Source of the DNA: an uncultured bacterium
GTDB taxonomy: Bacteria; Nitrospirota; Thermodesulfovibrionia; Thermodesulfovibrionales; JdFR-86
Length of the DNA: 64,000 bases
Direction of reading: 5' to 3'
Assembly: GCA_965372535.1 (NCBI GenBank)
Contig: CBDVCR010000001.1
Span: forward strand, 11,290 to 75,289
Shown: positions 8,763-18,871 of the stretch, piece after piece
How the letters are laid out: every line of letters starts with the position of its first letter
Numbering within the stretch: position 1 is the stretch's first letter
Position numbers and translations under genes: made by a program
The notes under the pieces: model-generated
What the model was told of the DNA's origin: nothing
Databases searched by the model: none
The model's input: only the letters and a program-made list of their open reading frames with translations

Positions 8763-9773
8763 TTGGTGGTTGTGGAGCAAATACATTGCTTTCGTACTGA
8801 CCATACGCTTTGCATAAACGAGTGGGACGAAAACATGGCAGAGCTTACCGGGAAACGTTCCCCGGCGGTTATCGGGAAAAAGTACCACGAAGTCCTCCCC
8901 ATGATATTGGCCGGGGAAGCGGACGCGGTAGGCGCGGGGATAAAGGAGGGAAAGCCCCGGACGCTAAAGGATTATGCGTTTAACTGTCTCGGCGGCCAGA
9001 CGAAAGCCGATATAACGATCAGCCCTCTAAAGGACGGGGACGGAAAAGTCGCCGGCGCAAAAGTATGTATTTCACCAACCTCCACATGTTCGGTATTCAG
9101 GAAGCTCCAGGACTCGCAGCGTCTGATAGACATCGGTAAAATGGCCTCGACCCTCGCCCACGGGGTCAGGAACCCCCTTAACGCCATAAAGGGCGCTGTC
9201 GTCTACCTCGGGGAAAAGTATTCCGACGAGCCCACCCTTGTCGAGTTCACAAGCCTGATGGGAAGCGAGATATCAAGGCTCGATAATTTTATTTCGAGGT
9301 TCCTGAGCGCGTCCCTGTCGGATGCGGCGCCCTCCAGGGTGGACGTCAACTCCCTGCTCGAAAAGATAGAGGTCTTCACTTCCCTCCAGATGCAGGCCGG
9401 CAACGTGAAGCCCGTATTCGAATACGGTGATGTCCCCGAGGTGCCGATAAACACTTTCCAGTTCGAGCAGGCAATCCTGAACGTCATAAACAACTCGCTG
9501 GAGGCGATGCCCGGCGGCGGGCGGCTTGCCGTAAGGAGCCGGGCGGAAGACCGCTTTGGCTCCCGTGTTGCCGTAATCGAGATTTCCGATACCGGCAGGG
9601 GGATGTCCGACGCTGACATCACCCCGCCTCCGAAGGACAATGGAAGGGGTTTCGGGTTGTTTATCACCCGTGAAATCCTTCAGTATTACGGTGGCCGCCT
9701 CGAAATAGAGACCACCCGGGGCGAAGGCTCCACCGTAAGGCTGTGTCTTCCGGTAAATAACCCGGAGGTATGA
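8763..9773 (+). CDS. sensor histidine kinase (PAS-like N-terminus, HisKA, HATPase_c)
   Basis: H-box LAHGVRNPLNAIKG, N-box NVINNSLEAM, G1 DTGRGM and G2 GRGFGLFI. The TTG start is uncertain. Confidence 0.85.
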   Translation: MVVVEQIHCFRTDHTLCINEWDENMAELTGKRSPAVIGKKYHEVLPMILAGEADAVGAGIKEGKPRTLKDYAFNCLGGQTKADITISPLKDGDGKVAGAKVCISPTSTCSVFRKLQDSQRLIDIGKMASTLAHGVRNPLNAIKGAVVYLGEKYSDEPTLVEFTSLMGSEISRLDNFISRFLSASLSDAAPSRVDVNSLLEKIEVFTSLQMQAGNVKPVFEYGDVPEVPINTFQFEQAILNVINNSLEAMPGGGRLAVRSRAEDRFGSRVAVIEISDTGRGMSDADITPPPKDNGRGFGLFITREILQYYGGRLEIETTRGEGSTVRLCLPVNNPEV

Positions 9774-9774
9774 G

Positions 9775-11154
9775 ATGGACGCAAAAGGCAGGGTCTTAAT
9801 CGTGGACGACGAGCCCAATGCCCTCAAGGTGCTTTCCGCGGTGCTCTCTGCCGGCGGCTACAAAGTCCTTGAGTCCACGAACGTTGACGAGGCCTCGGAC
9901 TTGATGCGGAAAGAGGACGTGGACGCGGTAATAACGGACTTGAAGATGCCGGACAAGGACGGCAACCATCTTTTCGAGTACATCAAGGAGAACCATTCGG
10001 ACATCCCGGTCATCTTCCTGACGGCGTTCGGGACCGTTGAGTCCGCCGTGCATGCGATAAAGGGCGGGGCTTTTGACTTTTACATAAAACCTCCCGATTG
10101 CACAAGGCTAAAGGAGAACCTCGCGCGGGCGGTCGAACTTCGCCGGTTGAAAAAGGAACTCGGAGACCTGAAAAGCAACTTTCCGTCCGACAACGGGCTG
10201 CACGTTATCGGGCACACCAGGACAATGCGCAAGATGGTGGAGACGATTAAGTCGGTCAGGGATTCCGAAAGCAGCGTGCTTGTCTGCGGGGAGACGGGCA
10301 CGGGCAAGGAACTGGCCGCAAGGGAGCTCCATTACAGCGGCAAGAGAAAGGACGGGCCATTCATAGCCGTAAACTGCGCCGCCATACCGAGGGAACTGCT
10401 GGAGTCCGAGCTTTTCGGTTATGAAAGGGGAGCGTTCACGGGCGCCGTCTCAAGCAGGACGGGCAAGTTCGAGGAGGCATCCGGGGGGACGTTTTTCCTT
10501 GACGAGGTCGGTGAGCTTGAGCTTTCGCTTCAGGCGAAACTCCTGAGGGTGCTGGAGACAAAGGAGGTCGAGCGGCTCGGCAGCAACAGGAGGACAAAGG
10601 TCGATTTTAGGCTCGTCTGTTCTACCAACCGGAACCTCGAAGAAGAGGTAAGGGCCAGGAAATTCAGGGAGGACCTTTTTTACAGAATAAATGTAATAAA
10701 AATATCGACGGCTCCTCTGAGGGAGAGGGTCGCGGATATTCCACCGCTGGTCTCCGCCTTTGTCGGCGAGTACTGCTCCAGGGAGGGTAAGGTCCTCACG
10801 GTGTCGGAGCAGGTGATGGAAATATTCCGGAATTACCACTGGCCGGGCAATATCAGGCAGTTGAGAAACGTTGTGGAAAGGGCGGTCGTCCTCGCCAGGG
10901 GCAGTACGATTAGTCTCAGGGAACTGCCGGAGGAACTTTCGTCCGCGGCGAAGGAAGCGGCGCCCGATACTTTTTCCAGGACCCTGAGGGAGATGGAAAT
11001 ACAGGCCGTCAGGGACGCGCTCCGCAACTGTATCGGCAATAAGTCCAAGGCCGCCAGGATGCTCGGCATATCCCGTAAGGCTTTTTACAAAAGACTTTAC
11101 GATATGGGGGGCTTCAACGACAATCCCCCCCGCTCCAATAATAAAGCCTTCTGA
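9775..11154 (+). CDS. sigma-54-dependent response regulator (NtrC/AtoC family)
   Basis: A REC domain is followed by an AAA+ domain with Walker A GETGTGKE and the GAFTGA motif, then a C-terminal Fis-type HTH. Confidence 0.9.
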   Translation: MDAKGRVLIVDDEPNALKVLSAVLSAGGYKVLESTNVDEASDLMRKEDVDAVITDLKMPDKDGNHLFEYIKENHSDIPVIFLTAFGTVESAVHAIKGGAFDFYIKPPDCTRLKENLARAVELRRLKKELGDLKSNFPSDNGLHVIGHTRTMRKMVETIKSVRDSESSVLVCGETGTGKELAARELHYSGKRKDGPFIAVNCAAIPRELLESELFGYERGAFTGAVSSRTGKFEEASGGTFFLDEVGELELSLQAKLLRVLETKEVERLGSNRRTKVDFRLVCSTNRNLEEEVRARKFREDLFYRINVIKISTAPLRERVADIPPLVSAFVGEYCSREGKVLTVSEQVMEIFRNYHWPGNIRQLRNVVERAVVLARGSTISLRELPEELSSAAKEAAPDTFSRTLREMEIQAVRDALRNCIGNKSKAARMLGISRKAFYKRLYDMGGFNDNPPRSNNKAF

Positions 11155-11288
11155 GCCGTTCCGCCGCAGCCTTGTTTCCGATGGGGACGAAATTTTAGTC
11201 CCATGCCGACCTGTAACCTATGGACACAAAAAATTCCTTTAAAATCCGGTGCCTGTAATTCTGCTTCCATTGGGTACAGTTCCGGTCG

Positions 11289-11316
11289 GCCCGAAAGGTG
11301 AGCGCCCCGGAAATTC
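11289..11316 (+). repeat. dispersed 28-nt repeat, copy 2
   Basis: gcccgaaaggtgagcgccccggaaattc. Confidence 0.6.
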
Positions 11317-11369
11317 ATGGGCCTTTCCCGGTACAAACCGTTCACATGAATATGCATGGATGACCCTTG

Positions 11370-11385
11370 AATGCACCAGTGCATT
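11370..11385. promoter_or_regulatory. perfect inverted repeat AATGCAC-CA-GTGCATT (candidate regulator site)
   Basis: 7-bp arms with TGCAC/GTGCA cores as in NtrC-type sites, about 100 bp upstream of the first gene of the EPS block. Confidence 0.25.
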
Positions 11386-11486
11386 CCCCGTGGTCTTGCC
11401 GCGGGGTTGCCAACTCCTTGCCTTTTCGGGATACCCTGAGGTCTCTGCCGCCCTTCCGGCGCCGGATTTGCTTCTTCTCCGGTGAA

Positions 11487-11873
11487 ATGGCGCTCTGGTC
11501 AAAGAAAAAGATACTTTTAATCGACGAGGCCTGCTTTTCCCGCATCTGCTCCGCCATCCTTGTGTCCGAGGGTTATCATATCGAGACGGCGTCGGGTGCC
11601 GGGAGCCTGTCGCCGCTTCTGAACTCCAACGAGCTGGGCTTGATAATTACGAGCTATCCCTACGGAGCGTTCCTTTTCGAGAAGCTCAAGGCCGGGGGGA
11701 TTCCGGCCATAATCCTGTCCGACCAGATAAACCTCGAACTCATCAACATACTTGAGGGGTTCAATCGTTCCTACTGTTTGATAAAGCCCCTTGACTACCG
11801 GAAGTTCAGGACCCTGGTAAAACGCGTCATGAGCGGCGACATGGGCATCAGCGGAGGGTATAACATTGTTTAG
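11487..11873 (+). CDS. receiver-like (pseudo-receiver) single-domain protein
   Basis: REC-like pattern: ILLIDEA, then LGLIITS where the phospho-acceptor Asp is expected, then IILSD and LIKP. Confidence 0.55.
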   Translation: MALWSKKKILLIDEACFSRICSAILVSEGYHIETASGAGSLSPLLNSNELGLIITSYPYGAFLFEKLKAGGIPAIILSDQINLELINILEGFNRSYCLIKPLDYRKFRTLVKRVMSGDMGISGGYNIV

Positions 11874-14619
11874 GACGGTCTCGGCGGCCCTGGCGGTATT
11901 TTTTATGATGGCGGGGTGTGCCGAGAATACGAAAGAGGAGATGTTCGGGGAGGGGCTTGAGCTTCTGGAAAGCGGCAACCCGAGGGGGGCCATCGTGCTT
12001 TTACGCAGAGCCCTCGACAGGGACCAGAACTTTGTGGAGGCCAGGTTTCAACTCGCGAAAGCGTATTTCGTGATAGGGTCTGTCGATTCCGCGGAAAAAG
12101 AGCTCCTCAAGGTCCAAAGGCAGCGCCCTTCCTCAAGGGACGTCCGTATCGAGCTGGCAAGGGTTTACCTTCGAAAGGCCAGGCCCGACGAGGCGCTTGA
12201 GGAAATTGGCGGCCTTGCGGAAGGTCCGTCGGACGATGCCGAGGCCCTTGAACTCGCGGCATTGGCCCACGCCGCGAAAGGCGATTATCCGTTTTCCATA
12301 AAATTGCTCAAGCGGGCGTTTTCCTTTGAGAGAGGACGGAAAACGGCCGCCATCTCGCTTGCCAGGGTTTACATGATGGCCGGGGAGGAAGGAAAGGCCG
12401 AGGCTAAGGTTAAGGAGCTGCTGAGAAGGTATCCCTCAAACAGGGACGCCCTCGGCCTGCTTGCGGCTCTCCGGAAAAGCAGAAAAGACATTGACGGGGC
12501 GCTTGAGAGCTACGAGCTGCTCTTAAAGACCAATCCCGCGGATTTCGAGGCCCTTTACGGGAAGGGCGCTCTTTATGCGGGTTCCGGCAGGTACACGGAA
12601 GCCCTCGCGGTATTGGACGAAATAATCGAAAAACATCCACGGCGGCCCGAAGGATACGTGCTGAAGGGAAGGGTCCTCTTTTATAAAAAGGACTTCGAGG
12701 AAGCCATGAACTTTCTTCAGCAATCGCTCTCGCTCCGCCCCGGCGCCGCGGCGTATTATTTTCTCGGCCTCTGCCATTACAACAAGAACGAACTCGAACA
12801 GGCGCTGAGCCGGTTTTACAGGGCGCTTGATTATAACCCGTCGCTGCTTGAGGCAAGGACGCTCGTGTCGTTTATTCTCCTCAGACAGGGCAGGACCGAG
12901 GACGCCATTTCCGAGGCCGTGAAGGTCACCGGTATGGACGGGGAGAACGTATTTGCCCATTACATACTCGGCAGCGCCTACCTGAAAAAGGGCCTGTATG
13001 AAGAAGGGATGCGGGAACTTGGCAGAGCCGTTGAGATAGCCCCCGGGCCTTCGGACGCCCATATAGAGAAGGGCCTCTATCAGTTCGGCAGGGGTGATTT
13101 GAAAGACGCGGGGGAGGAATTCGAGGCCGCCGTGAGCGCGGCCCCCGGGGAGCTGAACTCAAGGGTCGTCCTCGCCTCATACCATATGGAGAAAGAGGAG
13201 TTCCGGCGGGCAATAGAGGTCTTGAAGGGCGGTGTGAGGGGCCTCGAAACCGACGCGGTGCTTTTTAACCTTATCGCCGAGGCGTTTGGGAGGCAGAACA
13301 GGGTAGACGAGGCCATCCGGTATTTAAAGAAGGCGATAGGCTCAAACCCCGGCTACCTTGCCTCGTATTTCAACCTCTCCTCGCTGTATATGCTCAAGGG
13401 CGAGCACGAAAAGGCGGTGGTGGAGCTCGATGCCGCCGTGGAAAATTCTCCCGGAAACGTAAAGGCGCTGCTCGGAATCGCACGCATATACGAAACCGCC
13501 GGCGGAGACGGGAAGGCGCTCGGATATTATGTCATGGCCGAGGAGACGGGAAAGGCCGAGGGGAGCATGGCGCTGGCGGAATACTACCTGAGAAAAGGCA
13601 AACATGGCGAGGCCCTTGGCGTGCTCGGAAAGGGCATCGGTAAAAACCCTTCGGAATCCGCCCTTCACGAAATGGAGGGGAAAATACTCCTTTCGATGGA
13701 AAGGCCGCGTGAAGCCGTCCGGAGCTTTGAAAGAATCGAGAAGTTAAGCCCCGGCCGCGGGCTGCCTCTCATCGTCAATGCCTATGTGTTCATTGGGAAA
13801 CACCGGGAAGCCCTGAGGAAAGTCCGCGAGGCCCTGAAGCGTGAGCCGGAAAGTCCCGGCCTTGCGGCGGAGCTTTCGAGAATATTATTGATTATGGGCA
13901 GGGAAAACGATGCAGTTGAAAACGCCGGAAAAATGATACTCGCAAAACCCGGCTCGCCGGTCGGTTACATGACGCTTGCGAGGCTCTACCGAAACATGAA
14001 TAAGCCCGGACGGGCGATAGATGTGCTTATGGGGGCGAACGTCGCGGGAAGCGACAGGGCCGCAATATACGCGATGCTCGGGGATATGCACGCCTTTAGG
14101 AAGGATTACGCCTCGGCCCTCGACTATTACGGCAAGGCCGAGGGTGTAAACGGGGCGTATGTTCCGGCCGTATTCGGGCGGGGGGCGGCGCTTCATGCAA
14201 TGGGCAGGAAAGAAGAGGCCGCCGCAAGCTACAAGAAAGTGCTGAGGCTTTCGAGAAACCACGTGCCGGCGCTGAACAGCCTCGCCTATCTTTACGCCCA
14301 GGGCGACACGGACCTTGAAACCGCTCTCTTATTGGCCACAAGGGCGTATATGACCGCACCCCGCGACGGCCCGGTACTGGACACCTTCGGTTTCGTCCTG
14401 CTCAAGAGCGGGAGGGCGGGGGAAGCGGCGGATGTCCTCAAGAGGGCCGTCGAGATTATGCCGGAGGACCCCTCGGTCCGATACCACCTCTCGCTGGCCT
14501 ATAAGGAGCTGGGCGATAAACGCCGGGCGGTGGAGCACCTTGAGCGGGCGCTGAGGTCCGGGGATTTTACGGAGTCTGAACAGGCAAGGTCGTTGCTTGT
14601 CCAGTTAAAAGAGGGATGA
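11866..14619 (+). CDS. prsT: PEP-CTERM system TPR-repeat lipoprotein (PrsT-like)
   Basis: 917 aa with lipobox FFMMAGC and TPR repeats throughout. The size and position at the head of an exosortase EPS locus fit PrsT. Confidence 0.8.
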   Translation: MFRTVSAALAVFFMMAGCAENTKEEMFGEGLELLESGNPRGAIVLLRRALDRDQNFVEARFQLAKAYFVIGSVDSAEKELLKVQRQRPSSRDVRIELARVYLRKARPDEALEEIGGLAEGPSDDAEALELAALAHAAKGDYPFSIKLLKRAFSFERGRKTAAISLARVYMMAGEEGKAEAKVKELLRRYPSNRDALGLLAALRKSRKDIDGALESYELLLKTNPADFEALYGKGALYAGSGRYTEALAVLDEIIEKHPRRPEGYVLKGRVLFYKKDFEEAMNFLQQSLSLRPGAAAYYFLGLCHYNKNELEQALSRFYRALDYNPSLLEARTLVSFILLRQGRTEDAISEAVKVTGMDGENVFAHYILGSAYLKKGLYEEGMRELGRAVEIAPGPSDAHIEKGLYQFGRGDLKDAGEEFEAAVSAAPGELNSRVVLASYHMEKEEFRRAIEVLKGGVRGLETDAVLFNLIAEAFGRQNRVDEAIRYLKKAIGSNPGYLASYFNLSSLYMLKGEHEKAVVELDAAVENSPGNVKALLGIARIYETAGGDGKALGYYVMAEETGKAEGSMALAEYYLRKGKHGEALGVLGKGIGKNPSESALHEMEGKILLSMERPREAVRSFERIEKLSPGRGLPLIVNAYVFIGKHREALRKVREALKREPESPGLAAELSRILLIMGRENDAVENAGKMILAKPGSPVGYMTLARLYRNMNKPGRAIDVLMGANVAGSDRAAIYAMLGDMHAFRKDYASALDYYGKAEGVNGAYVPAVFGRGAALHAMGRKEEAAASYKKVLRLSRNHVPALNSLAYLYAQGDTDLETALLLATRAYMTAPRDGPVLDTFGFVLLKSGRAGEAADVLKRAVEIMPEDPSVRYHLSLAYKELGDKRRAVEHLERALRSGDFTESEQARSLLVQLKEG

Positions 14620-14635
14620 GCATGGAGGAGGGCGC

Positions 14636-15436
14636 ATGAGGGTTTCGGCGTTTTTTCTTTTTATCGCCCTGCTTCTGCCGCAGTGGGTTTTCGCGGAGGA
14701 CTATATTATCGGCGAGGGCGATGTCCTGCGCGTTTCGGTCTGGGGCGAGGAGCAGTTGAGCCTGTCCGTTAAAGTCAGGCCGGACGGGAAGATTACCGTC
14801 CCCGCCCTGGGCGACGTGAGGGCGGCGGGGCTTACCACAAAAGCCCTGCAGAGGCTGCTCACGAAAAAATTGACCAGGCTTATCAAGAAACCCGTCGTCA
14901 CCGTGATAGTCGAGGAAATAACCAACAACAAGGTCTACGTCTTCGGCGGAGGGGTGAAATCCGGAATTTACAACCTCACGCGGAGGACCACCCTTTTGCA
15001 TCTCCTCTGCCAGATAGGCGAGTTGGACAACGCCGACCTCAAAAACGCCTATGTGCTGAGGAAAGGCGTGAAAGTAAAAGCTGATTTCCACAGGCTTTTC
15101 GTGGAGGGGGACATGACCGAGGAGGTGGCGATAAAGCCCAACGACGTGGTTTTCATCCCGGGCGTGGTCGATAAAAACGTATACGTGGTGGGCGCCGTTC
15201 AGAGGCCCAGGTTTATAGTGTACAGGGAGGGCCTGACCGTAATGGCCGCAATACTTGAGGCGGGCGGTTTCACGAAGTTCGCGAAGCTCAACAGCATCGT
15301 CGTTTTCCGGGAAAACGGGGGCGAAGAGCTTGCCATAGCCGTGAAGGCGAAAAAACTGATGCAGGACGGCGAGCTGGAGCAGAACGTAAAACTCAGGCCA
15401 GGGGATTATGTGGTCGTAAAGGAAGGGATGTTTTAG
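14636..15436 (+). CDS. polysaccharide export protein (Wza/EpsE-like, Poly_export + SLBB)
   Basis: Signal peptide; GDVLRVSVWGEE motif; PGDYVVV soluble-ligand-binding beta-grasp ending. Confidence 0.85.
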   Translation: MRVSAFFLFIALLLPQWVFAEDYIIGEGDVLRVSVWGEEQLSLSVKVRPDGKITVPALGDVRAAGLTTKALQRLLTKKLTRLIKKPVVTVIVEEITNNKVYVFGGGVKSGIYNLTRRTTLLHLLCQIGELDNADLKNAYVLRKGVKVKADFHRLFVEGDMTEEVAIKPNDVVFIPGVVDKNVYVVGAVQRPRFIVYREGLTVMAAILEAGGFTKFAKLNSIVVFRENGGEELAIAVKAKKLMQDGELEQNVKLRPGDYVVVKEGMF

Positions 15437-15446
15437 GAGCACGGCC

Positions 15447-16976
15447 ATGGAACCGTCCGGGCAGGATATAAAAGGATATTTTAAGCTCGTCCGCCAGCGA
15501 AAGGGGCTGTTCGCTCTCAGTGCGATATCGGTCGTTAGCCTTTCGCTGCTGGCCGGTTTTTTGCTTCCCAATGTCTACGAGGCAAGCTGTACCGTATTAA
15601 TCGAGGAAAACGTCATCAAGCGCCTCGTAAAGGACATTGCCGTAACCCCGTCCATGGAGGAAAGGTTCAGGGTCCTCGCTTACGCAATGGAGAGCAGAAG
15701 CCTCCTGATGGACGTGATGGAGGAAATCGGAATCGAAATGAGCGGGAAGTCGCCGGCGGAGTTGGAAAAACTCGTCAAGAAATTCCAGAGAAGGACTGAA
15801 ATCGAAAGCACCGAGGAAATGGACCTTTTCACCGTGTCCTACAGGGACGGCGACCCCGTGTTCGCCAGAGACTTCGTAAACGCGCTGGTGCGGAAATACA
15901 TCGAGATGAACGTATCCGAAAAGAGGGAAGAGGCATACGGCGCCAGCAGGTTCCTGGCCGAGCAGATGAGCTTTTTCAAGGAAAAGCTGGACGGCGTGGA
16001 GTCGGGGATGGTCGATTTCAGGAAGGAAAAGGGCATTTTCGTGGCCGTTGACGAGCGGAGGGTCGCGGAGGAGATAAAAGACGCCAGCGAGAAAATCGAG
16101 GAGTTGAAAATACTCAAGAGCGAGCTGAACGCGAAAAAGAAGATGATAAAAAAGCAGATGGAGGACGAGGACCCGTACACCGCGGCGGCGCTCGGCATGA
16201 AGCCCGAGGATACTTTGGGGGGCAGGCTCCTCATGCTCCAGGACAGGTTGAACATGCTTTTGACCAGGTATACCGAGACCCATCCAGAGGCGGAAAGGGC
16301 AAGGGCGGAGATAGAGTCCCTGAAAGCGCAGATAAGGGAGGGAAAGGCGAGGGGAACGGGCGGAGGGGGGGCGGGTTTTGAGATGGACCTTTCCGCTTTC
16401 ACCCCCCTGCACCAGCAGTTACGGGAGGAACTGGCCAAGGGGGAGGTCGAGCTTGCCGCCCTTAACGCCAGGGAGCAGCACCTGCTCAGGCTCATAGAAT
16501 CGAAGGAGGAATACCTGAGGGACATCCCGGCCGAGAAGAAGATACTTATCGACCTTGAGAGGGAGAGAAACACTTACGACAGCATCTACAAGGAACTCGT
16601 GATGAGCTTCGGCCAGTCCGAGGTCGCAAAGCAGATGGAGATACAGGACAAGGCCGCCACTTTCAGAATCGTGGACCCTGCCATCACCCCTGTGGAGCCG
16701 GTGAGCCCGAACAGGATGAAGCTTCTGTTTCTGGGCATATTCGCAGGGCTTGCGGGTGGTTTCGGGGCCGTTGTCCTCAAGGACAACCTCGACGACTCGG
16801 TAAAATCGGTAGAGGGCGTTAAATCTTTCGGCCTGCCGGTGCTCGCGGTAATTCCGACCATGAGCAACGAGGAGGAGCAGAGGAGAAAAAGGCTGAAGGA
16901 CGTCTTTCTGTTCGGATTTACAGGGTTATATCTGTTGTGCGTTTTCGTCGTGATTTTTTTCGAGGTCTTTGTCTGA
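15447..16976 (+). CDS. polysaccharide chain-length determinant (Wzz/EpsF-like)
   Basis: N- and C-terminal transmembrane helices flank a long coiled-coil periplasmic region. Confidence 0.8.
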   Translation: MEPSGQDIKGYFKLVRQRKGLFALSAISVVSLSLLAGFLLPNVYEASCTVLIEENVIKRLVKDIAVTPSMEERFRVLAYAMESRSLLMDVMEEIGIEMSGKSPAELEKLVKKFQRRTEIESTEEMDLFTVSYRDGDPVFARDFVNALVRKYIEMNVSEKREEAYGASRFLAEQMSFFKEKLDGVESGMVDFRKEKGIFVAVDERRVAEEIKDASEKIEELKILKSELNAKKKMIKKQMEDEDPYTAAALGMKPEDTLGGRLLMLQDRLNMLLTRYTETHPEAERARAEIESLKAQIREGKARGTGGGGAGFEMDLSAFTPLHQQLREELAKGEVELAALNAREQHLLRLIESKEEYLRDIPAEKKILIDLERERNTYDSIYKELVMSFGQSEVAKQMEIQDKAATFRIVDPAITPVEPVSPNRMKLLFLGIFAGLAGGFGAVVLKDNLDDSVKSVEGVKSFGLPVLAVIPTMSNEEEQRRKRLKDVFLFGFTGLYLLCVFVVIFFEVFV

Positions 16977-17003
16977 TGCGAAGGCGTATGGCGAGGAGAA
17001 AAT

Positions 17004-17816
17004 ATGAGCAGGATTGAAAAGGCGCTTGAGAAGGCAACGCGGCTGAGAGACAACAGAAGCAGCGCTTTTTCGCCCGCCGGGAAGCGTGCCGAAAAGGAAA
17101 GCGCCGTTACCGTTGAAAACATAAGCCCCTACGCCGCCACCTTGCATGAGCCGGATTCTCCGGTTTCGGAAGAGTACAGGAAACTGAAGTCCATGGTCGT
17201 CAGGCTCACCAAACAGGGCGGGTTCAAGAACACCCTGGCGGTAATGAGCGCCGTAGGCGGGGAGGGCAAGAGCATCACCGCCCTCAACCTGGCGGTCGCG
17301 TTGTCCCGGGAGTACGACCATACGGTCCTGCTGGTGGACGCCGACCTCAGGAACCCGGCCCTGCACGATTATTTCGGCACGGTCCCGGAAGCCGGACTCT
17401 CCGACTGCCTCGCCGACGGGCTCGATATGCGGGTCGCGCTGCTTGACGTCGGAAAGGGGGGCTTTGCGTTCCTTCCGTCGGGCAGGAAGGCGAAAAACCC
17501 CGCCGAGCTCCTCTCCTCGCTGAGAATGAAGGAACTCCTCGCCGAGATGAAGCACCGTTATTCCGACCGGTATGTCATCATCGATACCCCGCCGCTGCTG
17601 CCGTTTGCCGAGGCGTTTTCAATCGGCTCCATGGTGGACGGCGTTGTCTTTGTCGTCAGGGCGGGCGCGGCTTCGAGGGACAATGTCAGGGACGCGCTGG
17701 ATGTCCTTAAGGACTGTAACGTCCTCGGCGTCGTTTACAACGACGCCGGCGCGGAGAATCCATACGGGCGCTATGCGTGTTATAGCTCTAGATGCGGGAA
17801 GCCCGCGGAAGGATGA
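17004..17816 (+). CDS. chain-length-determinant tyrosine-kinase-type P-loop ATPase (EpsG/BY-kinase-like)
   Basis: Walker A SAVGGEGKS, A' VLLVDADLRNP, Walker B YVIIDTPP, and a Tyr-containing C-terminal tail. Confidence 0.8.
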   Translation: MSRIEKALEKATRLRDNRSSAFSPAGKRAEKESAVTVENISPYAATLHEPDSPVSEEYRKLKSMVVRLTKQGGFKNTLAVMSAVGGEGKSITALNLAVALSREYDHTVLLVDADLRNPALHDYFGTVPEAGLSDCLADGLDMRVALLDVGKGGFAFLPSGRKAKNPAELLSSLRMKELLAEMKHRYSDRYVIIDTPPLLPFAEAFSIGSMVDGVVFVVRAGAASRDNVRDALDVLKDCNVLGVVYNDAGAENPYGRYACYSSRCGKPAEG

Positions 17817-17818
17817 TA

Positions 17819-18862
17819 ATGGGCGCTTACGAGGAGTTTTTCGGCTTCAGGACAAAGCCCTTCGAGCTGGTGCCCAACCCGGACTTCATGTATCCGAGCG
17901 GCACGCATAAGAAGGCCATGACCTACCTCGAATACGGCATAAGGGAGAAGATAGGGTTTGTTCTCCTTACCGGCGAGGTGGGCTCCGGCAAGACGACCCT
18001 TATACAGGACCTGATAAAAAAACTCGACACGAGGGTGAACCTCTCCAAGGTTTTTAATACGAACGTAAACTGCGAACAGCTGCTTTCCATGGTCAACGAC
18101 GACTTCGGGCTCGACGTCAAGGGCAAGGACAAGGTCATGCTGTTGAAGGACCTGAACGATTATCTGATAGCGCAGTACGCCGAGGGAAACCATTCGGTCC
18201 TGATTATCGACGAGGCGCAGAACCTCGGCCCGGAGCTCCTTGAGGAAGTCAGGATGCTGTCGAACCTCGAAACCGACCGGACAAAACTGCTACAGATAAT
18301 CCTGGCCGGCCAGCCCGAACTCGGCAGGACCCTTGCCAGGGCCGAACTCAGGCAGCTCCGGCAGCGGATAAGCATAAGCTGCAACATCCTGCCGCTGACG
18401 AGCGAGGAAACCATAGAGTACATACTTCACAGGCTCGATGTAGCCGGCAACCGCCATGCCATAACGTTTCTTGATGGGACGGTCGATATCGTCCACAATT
18501 TCAGCAGGGGCATACCGAGGTTTATAAACATTATCTGTGATTTCCTCCTGCTCGCCGCGTTTGCCGAAGAGACGCGCCAGCTTTCCGTGGATATCGTCAA
18601 CGACGTAATCCAGTCGATTGACGCCGAAAACAGGTACTGGCAGGACGAGCCGCACGGGCAAGGGGAAGCCAACGGCGGACAACTTAAGGGCCTGATGGAG
18701 CGCCTGGACAATATCGAGAAAGAGGTCGTTCGCACCAATGAACTTTTTATCGATTTTATCAACAGAAACCCGATAAGTTTCATGAGAGCGGGAGATTCCA
18801 TTGCCTGCGAGGGAAGGCGGGCCATTATCAACGCGCTTAAAAGGTCAAAGCGGGTGCAATAG
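17819..18862 (+). CDS. ExeA-like AAA ATPase associated with PEP-CTERM EPS loci
   Basis: Walker A GEVGSGKTT and Walker B LIIDEAQNL. The start ATG at 17819 lies 3 nt downstream of the upstream gene's stop. Confidence 0.75.
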   Translation: MGAYEEFFGFRTKPFELVPNPDFMYPSGTHKKAMTYLEYGIREKIGFVLLTGEVGSGKTTLIQDLIKKLDTRVNLSKVFNTNVNCEQLLSMVNDDFGLDVKGKDKVMLLKDLNDYLIAQYAEGNHSVLIIDEAQNLGPELLEEVRMLSNLETDRTKLLQIILAGQPELGRTLARAELRQLRQRISISCNILPLTSEETIEYILHRLDVAGNRHAITFLDGTVDIVHNFSRGIPRFINIICDFLLLAAFAEETRQLSVDIVNDVIQSIDAENRYWQDEPHGQGEANGGQLKGLMERLDNIEKEVVRTNELFIDFINRNPISFMRAGDSIACEGRRAIINALKRSKRVQ

Positions 18863-18871
18863 GGGTATTCC

